DNA of 64,000 bases from positions 736,001 to 800,000 of the forward strand of contig OZ244044.1 of the NCBI GenBank assembly GCA_965215275.1. Direction: 5' to 3'. This stretch comes from Thermodesulfobacteriota bacterium. GTDB lineage: Bacteria > Desulfobacterota_D > UBA1144 > Nemesobacterales > JAJCZQ01. Below are positions 17,731-27,307 of the stretch, in pieces (the first letter of the stretch is position 1; every line of letters starts with the position of its first letter). The notes below the pieces were generated by a model. The model saw only the letters and a program-made list of their open reading frames with translations. It ran no database searches and was not told the origin of the DNA. The position numbers and the translations under genes are program-made.

Positions 17731-19986
17731 GGGAAGTATATATTTAACCATGCTAAAATAAAATATAGCCTTTGTATATTGATAGTTATTAACTAAGTAA
17801 GAGATATTATTTATCCATTTGACGTTCAGGCATGATAAAAAGTCAAATAAAAAGAGTTATGAACATGAACATCTTATTTAGAATAATACCCCCCCCCATT
17901 AAGTCAGTAATTCCCTTTTTCTTTCTTCTGTGTTTTGTATCCATTGAGACATATGGACAGATCGATAACTGTGACACCAGTACTACCGGTTTCAATGATC
18001 CCTTATACGGCTGTCAGTGGCATCTGAAAAATACAGGACAGCTTGGGGCTGTAACTACCTCTGGAGAAGATATAAACGTAGAAGGGGTCTGGGATAATGG
18101 CACGTTAGGTGCTGGAATTAACGTGGCGGTGGTAGATGACGGTATGCAGACGGGTCATGCGGACCTTACGGACAATGTAAATACCAGACTGAACCATAAT
18201 TATTCAGGAAGCGGTAATGTATACGACCCTTCAAAAGCTCGTGGTACACGTGTATCGGGAGTTATAGCAGCAGCGGGTGATAACAGCCTTGGAGTAAGAG
18301 GTGTAGCACCACAGGCAAGTATCTATGCTTATAACTTAGCTGGTAACTTCAGCGGTACCAACGCAAAGGATGCCATGGTCCGTAACAGAGATATAACGGC
18401 TGTATCCGTCAACAACTGGGGACCGGATGACACGGCTGTTCTTATAGAGGCTTCATCAGAGTGGGAAGAAGGAGTGAGAACTGGTATAAGAGAAGGGTTT
18501 GGTGGTAAAGGGGTGTTTTACGTATGGGCGGCAGGGGACGGATATGAAGGATCAGATCAGGCTAATCTTGACGAGTACTCCAACTACTACGCTGTAACTG
18601 CGGTATGTTCGGTAGATGGAGAAGGGAACAAGAGTTCTTTTTCAGAAGAAGGAGTAAATCTGTGGGTATGTGCTCCAGGTGAAGATATTACAACTACTGA
18701 TAATAACGATGGATATATTTATGATGCGAGTGGAACGGCATATTCAGCAGCGCAGGTTGCAGGTGTGGCGGCACTGATGAGAGAGGTAAACGGTGACCTT
18801 GGCTGGAGGGACATAAAGCTGATACTTGCAGCTTCAGCCCGTAAGAACGACGCTTCCGACACGGGCTGGGAGACAGGAGCACATAAATACGGTTCTGATA
18901 CAGAGAGTTATAATTATAATACTAAGTACGGTTTTGGTGTGACAGATGCTGATGCGGCAGCAGGACTTGCCGGAAGCTGGACCACTGTTCCACTGATGAG
19001 AACCCTTACTGCTTCCTCGGGTTCCATTGATACGGCAATCCCCGACCGCGATAACGAAAACAGAGTAGACGGAGAAGTTACTGACAGACTGACCATACCA
19101 GATACTTCTCTTTTTTTTACAGAGTTTGTAGAGGTTGAGCTTAATTTCTCTCACACGTTCTTACCAGAACTGGAAATACAGATAACGTCTCCTGACGGTA
19201 CTGTGTCGAAGTTTACTGAGGAATATGTAACAGCAGCTTTCAAAATTATAGACGACACTTCACTCATTATGGATGACTTTAGCTACACGAACAAAACTTA
19301 TCGTTTTGGTTCAGCTAGGCACCTTGGAGAAGCCCCTTCCGGAGAATGGGTTTTGAAGATATCTGACACTTCTCCTGACGATACAGGGACTTTACATTCC
19401 TGGAGCATTAACGTTTACGGGCATAAGGCCGTAGAAGGTACGGCACCAGGCTTTGAAGGTGAGACGATAGATAATAAGAATTATGTGACGGGCAGAGCAA
19501 TAACACCAGAGACGCTGCCTTTGGCAGCGGGAGGGGAGGGAATATTAACTTACAGCCTGTCCCCTCGTTTACCTGCTGGACTTACTTTCAGATCAGCTGA
19601 CAGAACGCTGAGCGGAACACCAACTGCTGCATCTTCTGGCAGGTATATGTATGCAGCGACGGATGAAGATGGAGATAAGGATGAGCTGAGTTTTACGATC
19701 AGGGTAAGAACCCCAGCTGGTCGGACGTCAGGTACTGACGCAGGTGGAGGAGGATGTGTGCTCTCCGATCAGAACGAAGCTATTTCTGATCTGTCCGGAG
19801 CAGTGGCATCTCTGATGCTGATACCTGTATCTGTAGCGATCAGAAGAAGGATAAGGTCTCTCGGATAAAGACCTAGTAATTCACTCCTTTCCAGGACACT
19901 TAACTAACTGATATCTTTCCGTCAGATCTGATGTTGTTAAAAAACATCGTCTTTGTTCATTCAGCATAGCTGCCTGTATAATTTCC
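17731..19986. mobile_element. Degenerate TIR-bounded cassette carrying S8 paralogue 1
   Basis: Left end gggaagtatatatttaaccatgc, right end gcatagctgcctgtataatttcc (15/23 inverted match); flanks aaatataa / aaagacaa. Confidence 0.45.
17832..19868 (+). CDS. Kexin-like S8 protease homologue (catalytically dead) with P domain, Ig-like repeat and GGGGC-TM tail
   Basis: DPLYGCQWHL, VAVVDDG; catalytic His->Arg (ARGT) and Ser->Ala (GTAYS). Confidence 0.88.
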   Translation: MIKSQIKRVMNMNILFRIIPPPIKSVIPFFFLLCFVSIETYGQIDNCDTSTTGFNDPLYGCQWHLKNTGQLGAVTTSGEDINVEGVWDNGTLGAGINVAVVDDGMQTGHADLTDNVNTRLNHNYSGSGNVYDPSKARGTRVSGVIAAAGDNSLGVRGVAPQASIYAYNLAGNFSGTNAKDAMVRNRDITAVSVNNWGPDDTAVLIEASSEWEEGVRTGIREGFGGKGVFYVWAAGDGYEGSDQANLDEYSNYYAVTAVCSVDGEGNKSSFSEEGVNLWVCAPGEDITTTDNNDGYIYDASGTAYSAAQVAGVAALMREVNGDLGWRDIKLILAASARKNDASDTGWETGAHKYGSDTESYNYNTKYGFGVTDADAAAGLAGSWTTVPLMRTLTASSGSIDTAIPDRDNENRVDGEVTDRLTIPDTSLFFTEFVEVELNFSHTFLPELEIQITSPDGTVSKFTEEYVTAAFKIIDDTSLIMDDFSYTNKTYRFGSARHLGEAPSGEWVLKISDTSPDDTGTLHSWSINVYGHKAVEGTAPGFEGETIDNKNYVTGRAITPETLPLAAGGEGILTYSLSPRLPAGLTFRSADRTLSGTPTAASSGRYMYAATDEDGDKDELSFTIRVRTPAGRTSGTDAGGGGCVLSDQNEAISDLSGAVASLMLIPVSVAIRRRIRSLG

Positions 19987-20006
19987 AAAGACAAAGGTCC
20001 TGTAGA

Positions 20007-20678
20007 TCATTTCGTTATTTCAAATAAGATCGGGAGCGTTACCCATCCCGATATGACTGGTCTGTTCCCTGTCTTCTTCGTGACACTTTTACATCTTTTA
20101 ATAGCACGAACGGCAAACCGGTCAAGGGAATAATGTCCAGACGACCGTACGACCCTGACCTCACTTGCCTTACCGGAACTCAGTATATTGATGTTCAGTA
20201 CCACTCTGCCTTCATAATTCCTGCGCTCTAAAAACCTGATATACCTATTTTCTATTTTCTTTTTGCAGTGCTTACTGAGGTTCCCATGATACGTTATACG
20301 TCTGGGTTGAGTACTGACTTTTGTATTACTTGTTTTAACTTTTTTAGGCTTGTATTTAACAGTTCTTTTTGGCTTGGGCTTAACGGTTTTTTTCGGTTTG
20401 GGTTTTACAACCTGTTTTGGTTTTGTCTCTACGATGGTTTTATCAACCTCTGCCGGAACCACTGGGATCTCTTCCACGACCGGTTCTGGTTCGGGTTCGG
20501 GTTCCGGCTCGGGTTCTGGTTCAATTTCTGATATTGTCACGGGTTCACTAAAATCGGTCAGTGGAATATACCTTATAGTCTTCTTTTGCCAGACAGACAT
20601 TATCAGAACGACAGATGCGGTATTAATTATCAGTGAACACAAGAGAGATAAAGTAAATATTGATTTTATAATACTCAT
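20007..20678 (-). CDS. Energy transducer TonB family protein
   Basis: N-terminal TM, (EP)n and KP repeats, C-terminal EGRVVL...SSGHYSLD; start moved to ATG 20678 because the tracked start lies inside tRNA-Leu. Confidence 0.8.
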   Translation of the reverse strand: MSIIKSIFTLSLLCSLIINTASVVLIMSVWQKKTIRYIPLTDFSEPVTISEIEPEPEPEPEPEPEPVVEEIPVVPAEVDKTIVETKPKQVVKPKPKKTVKPKPKRTVKYKPKKVKTSNTKVSTQPRRITYHGNLSKHCKKKIENRYIRFLERRNYEGRVVLNINILSSGKASEVRVVRSSGHYSLDRFAVRAIKRCKSVTKKTGNRPVISGWVTLPILFEITK

Positions 20679-20700
20679 TATAAAAGCCAGTAACACAACG

Positions 20701-20782
20701 TGCGAGAGGGGAGACTTGAACTCCCACACCTTGCGGTACTAGATCCTAAGTCTAGCGCGTCTGCCAATTCCGCCACTCTCGC
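20701..20782 (-). tRNA. tRNA-Leu(TAG)
   Basis: GCGAGAGTGGCGGAATTGGCAGACGCGC...TAG anticodon, variable arm. Confidence 0.95.
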
Positions 20783-20845
20783 AATTCACAAAGCATTTAC
20801 AGATAAAACCATTATATCTTAAAATAACCAGTTTTATCTTACGAA

Positions 20846-20919
20846 TGGGCTGTGTAGGATTCGAACCTACGACCGACTGATTAAGAGTCAGCTGCTCTAC
20901 CGGACTGAGCTAACAGCCC
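20846..20919 (-). tRNA. tRNA-Lys(CTT)
   Basis: Cloverleaf with CTT anticodon. Confidence 0.95.
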
Positions 20920-21004
20920 TTCAGACTTTGTGAAAGTATAAGATAAAGAAATCCCTTTACAAATACAAATAAATGCTTACTTTGATTTATGTGAGGATAC
21001 GACA

Positions 21005-21235
21005 ATGGAGAAACACAGTACATTTACGGCAGTTCAGACAAACGAAGGTTTTCAGGTCATGCTCAACGGTTCTGAAAAAAAGACGCTTGAGTTAACTTTT
21101 GACGATGTAAATCAATTTGCCTACAAGTATGGATTAGCCCAGCTCAACGGTAAAGAGATTGAAATGAACGAAAAGAACCAGCTTATGCTTTCAATATTAT
21201 CAATGCTCATGATCTCTGACCAAACGGTGCATTGA
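21005..21235 (+). CDS. Hypothetical protein
   Basis: 76-aa ORF with GAGGA RBS. Confidence 0.55.
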   Translation: MEKHSTFTAVQTNEGFQVMLNGSEKKTLELTFDDVNQFAYKYGLAQLNGKEIEMNEKNQLMLSILSMLMISDQTVH

Positions 21236-21567
21236 AACTGGTCTTGATGATTTACAGATAAAGGGTAAAGACAGTAATCACTACCTTAACACAGCAACTT
21301 TGGGAACTCTTTACATCTTTTGTTTACGTGTTAGCGTGGTCTTTTGCAAGCTACGGTCTCCTGAAGTATTGCTTACTGGGAACAGATCACTAAGCAATAT
21401 AACCAGAAAAGATAATAATATGGGGAGCTGGACTTGTCAGTTCGCAAAATTTCGTATATCTACTGTTTAAGAACAGAGGACTATGGAAAGACGGCTGAGC
21501 TGAACTTCAGGGTTGATCTAAATCTACAAAAAAGAACATACTGGTTTCTGAAGGTTTAAAAGAAGTT

Positions 21568-22335
21568 ATGTTGATAAGAAAGTTTTTTTGTGCAGCACTC
21601 ATGTTGTTTTTATTCTCCTTACCTGAGTCAAGTTATTCAGCCAGCTATAAGCCCGAAAAAAAAGTCCCTAAAAACTGGGAAATTTCTGCAGGTGTTTCCT
21701 TTTCAGGTTCCCAGGGCAACACTGACAAAACCGATATCGGAGCAGATCTTGATTACAGATTTGATGACGTTAAAAACAAACTTGAAAATAAAAACGAGTA
21801 CAGGTTCAGCAAGACCGATGGAGAAACAGATCAGGATTTCTGGAACTCCACACTGTATTACTTTCGCCAGATCAACAACAACGACCCTCAATTACCAATT
21901 TTCCTGGATCTCGGTGCTTTTGTGGAGAGAGATGAAATTGAACAGATATCACTTAAATACGGACTCGGAAGTGGACTTTCAACTACCTTCCCTGTTTTTA
22001 CAAGTCTGGAAGCGCTTCCAAGCTTTGAAGTTGCCTGGGAAAGAGAAGACGGAATTGGCACTCCACCGGAGGATTTTATCACTCTGCGTTTCGGTGTCGG
22101 TATTAACACTAAAATCGGGACGGACCCGAAATTAGGTTTTTCATCGGTTTTCATTCTTCCGGCAAACGAGACGAGCAATTATCGCAGCGAATCCAGATTT
22201 TCGCTGGAATTTCCCGTCTATAAAGCTGCCAGTCTGAAACTCTCTCTTGCTCTTGATTTTGACAACCAGCCAATAAGTGAGGAGGTCAAAAAGACCGATC
22301 TCAGATATAAGACTTCTCTGAACGTTTCTTTCTGA
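21568..22335 (+). CDS. DUF481-like outer-membrane beta-barrel protein
   Basis: Signal peptide, SQGNT motif, alternating beta strands, terminal Phe. Confidence 0.75.
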   Translation: MLIRKFFCAALMLFLFSLPESSYSASYKPEKKVPKNWEISAGVSFSGSQGNTDKTDIGADLDYRFDDVKNKLENKNEYRFSKTDGETDQDFWNSTLYYFRQINNNDPQLPIFLDLGAFVERDEIEQISLKYGLGSGLSTTFPVFTSLEALPSFEVAWEREDGIGTPPEDFITLRFGVGINTKIGTDPKLGFSSVFILPANETSNYRSESRFSLEFPVYKAASLKLSLALDFDNQPISEEVKKTDLRYKTSLNVSF

Positions 22336-22534
22336 TAACCGTTGTTAATCCTCCATTTAGTAGTAAATCCACCAAATATCATCATTTCACAGTCCTACAT
22401 GTAAAAGAAAGAGTAAGCAGCATAAACTGAACAATCAGTTATTGATTGAATACTGAAAAGATGTTAATTTATATTAGATTAATGCACTAATTCTACGCTG
22501 TTTGTAGCTGGCGCTTCACAGGACAGGAACAATA

Positions 22535-23923
22535 ATGATAGCTGAAAGCAATACAACTAAAGAAATAGGAGAACCACCTTATTGCTATGAAGAATCACAG
22601 ACCCCTCTTCTGAAGGAGCTATCGGAGCGCGTGAAAAAGATGCGACAGGCAGGAAGTCTGACATCAGAAGCGCTAGACAAAATAAGAAAATTTTTTCGGA
22701 TCAAGAGTATCTACCACTCAAATGCCATTGAAGGAAATATACTCAATGTTGGAGAAACGAGACAAGTAGTTGAACACGGCTTAACCATAACGGGAAAACC
22801 ACTAAAAGATCAAGCAGAAGCAAAGAACCTCAAGGAGGCGCTTGATTTCCTGGAAGATCTAGCAGCATCTCCTGATAAATCTATTATTGAATATGACATA
22901 AGACAAATACACCGTCTAGTACTTAAAGGAATAGATGATGAAAACGCGGGAAAATATAGAAACGTTACAGTAGAGATCTCAGGTTCGGAGTTTAAACCAC
23001 CTTCTCCAGAATCTGTCCCACCGCAAATGGAGGAGTTTGGAAAGTGGTTGTCGTCTGTTTCTTGCGTAAATAACAATTATGGGATACTTGATGCAATTAT
23101 CTATGCTGCCGCTGCACACACATGGTTTGTTTCTATCCATCCGTTCATAGATGGAAACGGACGAGTAGCAAGACTAATAATGAATCTTTTTCTGATGCGA
23201 TATGGCTATCCCATTGCAATTATCACAAAGGAAGACCGATTAAGATATTATGATGCCTTGGAAATTTCGCAATCATCAGATTTGTCTCCTTTTATCGCTC
23301 TTGTCGCGGAGTGCATAAATGAAAGTCTGGACGAATATGAAGAAGCAGTCAAAGAACAAAGGGAACAACAAGAATGGGCAGCAGTATTAGCGGCGAGATT
23401 GTCACAAAAAGAAACAATCCAAGCCAAGAACGAATATGAAGTCTGGAAAAGTGCAATGGAACTGCTTCGGAGTTACTTTCGTCAAACAGCAGAGTTGATT
23501 AACAAGGCAGGAGCAATCGTACGAATATCTTTTAGAGATTTTGGTGTCTTGGAGTATGAAAAATACCTTAGCCTAAAACTCGGCGAATCTGCCAAGAAAA
23601 CATGGTTTTTTCGAGTTGACTTTGTCAGTGGTGAAAGATCGGTTCGTTATCTCTTCTTCTTTAACTCAAGGAGTTGGAGACTTAAAGATAAAGCGAATGT
23701 GACACTTCACTTGTCCCGTGAAGAACCACCAAAGTCATTTAATTATGAAAGGCTTGAGAACATTACTGCTCCAAACGTTCCAAGCATAGTTGAGATAGGG
23801 TATCTGACCGACGCGGAACGATTTATTGCAAGGGGAAAAAATGGCAGGGCAAAACGGGATAAAATAGAAAATATCGGGAAGAAATTTTATGAAGATGTTG
23901 TTTCCCGGCACTTCCAAGAGTAG
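22535..23923 (+). CDS. Fic family protein with C-terminal extension
   Basis: SNAIEGN and HPFIDGNGRVAR. Confidence 0.92.
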   Translation: MIAESNTTKEIGEPPYCYEESQTPLLKELSERVKKMRQAGSLTSEALDKIRKFFRIKSIYHSNAIEGNILNVGETRQVVEHGLTITGKPLKDQAEAKNLKEALDFLEDLAASPDKSIIEYDIRQIHRLVLKGIDDENAGKYRNVTVEISGSEFKPPSPESVPPQMEEFGKWLSSVSCVNNNYGILDAIIYAAAAHTWFVSIHPFIDGNGRVARLIMNLFLMRYGYPIAIITKEDRLRYYDALEISQSSDLSPFIALVAECINESLDEYEEAVKEQREQQEWAAVLAARLSQKETIQAKNEYEVWKSAMELLRSYFRQTAELINKAGAIVRISFRDFGVLEYEKYLSLKLGESAKKTWFFRVDFVSGERSVRYLFFFNSRSWRLKDKANVTLHLSREEPPKSFNYERLENITAPNVPSIVEIGYLTDAERFIARGKNGRAKRDKIENIGKKFYEDVVSRHFQE

Positions 23924-24319
23924 TTGTTAAACGCTACGCCTACAATGCTTTAATGATGACGACGCCGAGGAATTTTACCGGTCCATATCGGTCACCTTTG
24001 CCGACAAGAAAAAGTTCAGTTTTTATGAAGTCAAAACGCCCAAAACCCTAACTGCACCACAACCGCGTGCAAATATATAAAAAGAAAATATCATCAGAGA
24101 AGAAAGTACTCAAGAACGATACACCTATATTATAGGCGAAAGCGCCAAGGTTAAGAATTGAGAAAAGAAGTCAAACGGTCTACACGACACATCCAAGCTG
24201 ATACAAGTTTCAGTAATGAAGCGATAAAACTCATTCCAAAAAGACCACTCAAGCGCTGCGGTCTTTGAGGAAAAAACAGTAAGATATACACTATAGAAAA
24301 TCAGCCGAGAGCATCCACC

Positions 24320-25036
24320 ATGCAGCCATACGACATCATTGGAAAATTTTACGATGAAATAATGGGCGATCAGTCAGAGACCGCAAAACTGATAGGAAAG
24401 CTCATAGAAAACCGCAATAAAAACGCCCGTTCCCTCCTTGAAGTCGCGTGTGGTACCGGCACTCTGATGAAGCACCTATGTAAACGCTATGAAGTCGTGG
24501 GTGTGGATATTTCCCCAAACATGCTGGCAATGGCACACCACAAGTTCCGCCACGTTACGCTGTATCAGAACAGTATGACGGACTTCGCCCTGGATCAGAA
24601 ATTTGACGTGATAATCTGCATGAACGATTCCATAAATCATCTTTTAAAATTCTCCGAGTGGAAAAGAACGTTCTCAAACGTAAAAAGGCATTTAAACAAA
24701 AAAGGTATATTCATATTCGATATAAACACGGAACATAAACTAAACACGCTGTCAAAGCAGCCTCCAATAGTTCATGAATTTGGAAAGAACTTGCTGGTAA
24801 CGAGCGTCGTCCGGTCAAGGTCAATATATAACTGGCATCTGAGGATATTTGAGCACTTAAGAAAGGACAGGTACATAGAGCATGAGGAAACGCTTTATGA
24901 AAGGTCGTTCCCGACCCGGAAGATAAAAGATTCCCTTCGTAACTGGTTCAGGGACATAAAGGTCTTTGATCTGACAAGGTCTGGTGTTTCCCAAAAATCC
25001 GAAAGGCTTTATATAGTTGCAACAGGAAGAAATTAA
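24320..25036 (+). CDS. Class I SAM-dependent methyltransferase
   Basis: LEVACGTG, GVDISPNML. Confidence 0.9.
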   Translation: MQPYDIIGKFYDEIMGDQSETAKLIGKLIENRNKNARSLLEVACGTGTLMKHLCKRYEVVGVDISPNMLAMAHHKFRHVTLYQNSMTDFALDQKFDVIICMNDSINHLLKFSEWKRTFSNVKRHLNKKGIFIFDINTEHKLNTLSKQPPIVHEFGKNLLVTSVVRSRSIYNWHLRIFEHLRKDRYIEHEETLYERSFPTRKIKDSLRNWFRDIKVFDLTRSGVSQKSERLYIVATGRN

Positions 25037-25059
25037 CGTTGATCCCGCCATGACCGGTC

Positions 25060-26256
25060 TTAATCCCTGTACGGATCAAACTCATTTTCACCAGCCATTA
25101 CAACTCCGAGCGGCTTTAATGTGTGAAGTATCTTTATAGTATTTTTATGTTCATTCAGAACGTCGCTCAGCCTTCTGTAAACGTGAGGTGATTCATCTCT
25201 TCCTCCACCTCTGAGCTTTACCTTCTTCTGCTTTAGCCAATCTTCCATCATCTCCCAGGTAACTTTTCCCTCTCCTGCGGCCTCTTTATAATACTTCTTC
25301 GTACGCGGGTGCTTTTTCCTTCTATACTTCCCTTTTGCCTCCATTCTTCCCATAACGCGGCCCGCTCCGTGCACCGTTGAATACAAGGTACGTGAACTTT
25401 CCTCGGATTCGGTTCCCTCAACGATAACCGAGTTATCACCCATACTGCCTCCCACAAATCCCTTCTGGCCCGGAAAAGCAGGCGTTGCACCCTTTCTTAC
25501 GACCATATATTTCTTTCCTCCGTGCATCTCCTCCCACGCATAGTTATGATGGTTATGCACTTCAAACACGGGTCCTGCTCCAAGACGTCCCGTTACCTTG
25601 CTGATCACCCACTTTCTTCCCGCGTAGGCATACTCCCCCGCGAGCTTCATTGCAGTATAGTACCTCTCCCCCAGATCGGACCTGATATCCAGCAGGACCT
25701 CCTTTTCTCCCGCTCTTCTGTCCCATTTGCCGTTCAGCGCAAGGTTCATAAACCCGGTCGCGGTCCTGTGACCCAAGCCGCGACTTCCAAAATGCACACC
25801 TATCCAGACGTTTTCCTTCTCATCTTCAAATATATCAACATAGTGGTTTCCGCCGCCAACCGTACCAAGCTGGTCCCTTGCCAGCATGCGCAGGTCCTCA
25901 CGAACGCTTCTATCATAAGCCAGCCATGGGCCGCGGTCGTCAAATATCTCATGGTCGACCTTGTCCCTGTTCTTTTTTCCTATTCCAAATGAAATACTGC
26001 TCTGTATCCAGTCAAGAACGTTATCAAGGTCACCCTTTATTTCCTCACTTTTCATATCGAGCATTACCGCCATGTTCCCGCAGGCTATATCATAGCCTAC
26101 CCCCGACGGTGTAATAACGCCTTCATAAGCCGCCACTCCACCGATCGGCATTACGTATCCGACGTGACCATCGGCCATCAGGACCCCTTTTTCTGCGTTT
26201 TCCATGACCCTGCCGAACTGATCTATCGTTTTCTGAGCGTGCTTACCGTAAATCAT
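25060..26256 (-). CDS. rtcB: RtcB family RNA ligase
   Basis: VGYDIACG, GGGNHY, HFGSRG, HNHHN, HGAGR. Confidence 0.93.
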   Translation of the reverse strand: MIYGKHAQKTIDQFGRVMENAEKGVLMADGHVGYVMPIGGVAAYEGVITPSGVGYDIACGNMAVMLDMKSEEIKGDLDNVLDWIQSSISFGIGKKNRDKVDHEIFDDRGPWLAYDRSVREDLRMLARDQLGTVGGGNHYVDIFEDEKENVWIGVHFGSRGLGHRTATGFMNLALNGKWDRRAGEKEVLLDIRSDLGERYYTAMKLAGEYAYAGRKWVISKVTGRLGAGPVFEVHNHHNYAWEEMHGGKKYMVVRKGATPAFPGQKGFVGGSMGDNSVIVEGTESEESSRTLYSTVHGAGRVMGRMEAKGKYRRKKHPRTKKYYKEAAGEGKVTWEMMEDWLKQKKVKLRGGGRDESPHVYRRLSDVLNEHKNTIKILHTLKPLGVVMAGENEFDPYRD

Positions 26257-26326
26257 CTCTGTATTTTAAGACCGTTAATGATATAATTTACCCTTCATAA
26301 TAACATTCTGTACAGGAGGTCGTAAA

Positions 26327-26626
26327 ATGGCATTATGGTTTGACGAAAAAGCACCTAAAATGGCAAAAGGATGGTGGGAGTTCTACAATGCATGCGAGGG
26401 AGAAGGCAAATTAGACCAGAAATCAAAAGCGATGATAGCCCTTGCCGTTGCAATTCACGGCAGATGTACCCACTGCACCGGTTCGAGGATAAAAAAAGCC
26501 CTGGCCGCGGGTTTCAGTAAAGAAGAGATCGCTGAAGCGATAATGGAAGTGGCACTTGTGGCATCCGGCACCGAAATGTTCTGGGCAAAGGACGTTTACG
26601 ATAAATATCTGCTTGAAGAAGGCTAA
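26327..26626 (+). CDS. Carboxymuconolactone decarboxylase / AhpD family protein
   Basis: IALAVA...CTHC...ALAAGFSKEEI. Confidence 0.85.
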   Translation: MALWFDEKAPKMAKGWWEFYNACEGEGKLDQKSKAMIALAVAIHGRCTHCTGSRIKKALAAGFSKEEIAEAIMEVALVASGTEMFWAKDVYDKYLLEEG

Positions 26627-26816
26627 GCAGAAAACCCGGTGACCGTCCGTATCAGGTAAAAACAGGTCAAAGACCTCAAGAACGTTCACGGGTAAGTACT
26701 TTTTTAAGTGATCAGTTTATGGTCCGGCCTGCAAGACCCATAACGGGAGTTTTGCAGCTCGTTCCGATAACCGGTCTGAAAGAACCAGCCCATCAAAAGC
26801 GGGAGTCTGTCGTTAT

Positions 26817-27293
26817 CTACTCTATATCGACAACAATAAATTCCCTTATTCCTCCGGGAGTTCTTACCTGTACGTCGTCATCTATTTCCTTACCGATCAG
26901 AGACCGTCCTAAGGGGGACGTAATGGATATCCTGCCGGCGTTCGGGTCCGATTCGTCAGCACCCACCAGCTGATATTTGCTCTTCTCTCCTGTCTCAATA
27001 TCCTCGATCACCACGCTCAGACCGAACACGACCCTGTCCCTGCTTGCTATGCGCTTGGGATCAATGACCTCCGCCAGTGCCAGTTTCGTTTCGATCTCCC
27101 GTATCCTGCCTTCTATAAAGGACTGCTTGTCCTTGGCCGTTTCGTACTCCGCGTTCTCGGAAAGGTCTCCCAGCGACCTGGCGTATTCTATCGATTTGAT
27201 GACCTCATGTCTGTCAACCGTTTTCAGTTTCTGCAGTTCGGTCTGCAGGTTCTTGTAACCCTCTGGCGTCATTGGCACTCTACTTCCCGACAT
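26817..27293 (-). CDS. greA: Transcription elongation factor GreA
   Basis: GDLSENAEY, ISITSPLG. Confidence 0.97.
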   Translation of the reverse strand: MSGSRVPMTPEGYKNLQTELQKLKTVDRHEVIKSIEYARSLGDLSENAEYETAKDKQSFIEGRIREIETKLALAEVIDPKRIASRDRVVFGLSVVIEDIETGEKSKYQLVGADESDPNAGRISITSPLGRSLIGKEIDDDVQVRTPGGIREFIVVDIE

Positions 27294-27307
27294 AACCCTG
27301 TCCTCCG

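Noticed and set aside
20679..20729. Tracked start of the TonB ORF
   Set aside because: Overlaps tRNA-Leu; ATG 20678 is more plausible.
22480..23960. Integron attC sites around the Fic gene
   Set aside because: Only vague resemblance; no paired RYYYAAC/GTTRRRY boxes and no integrase.
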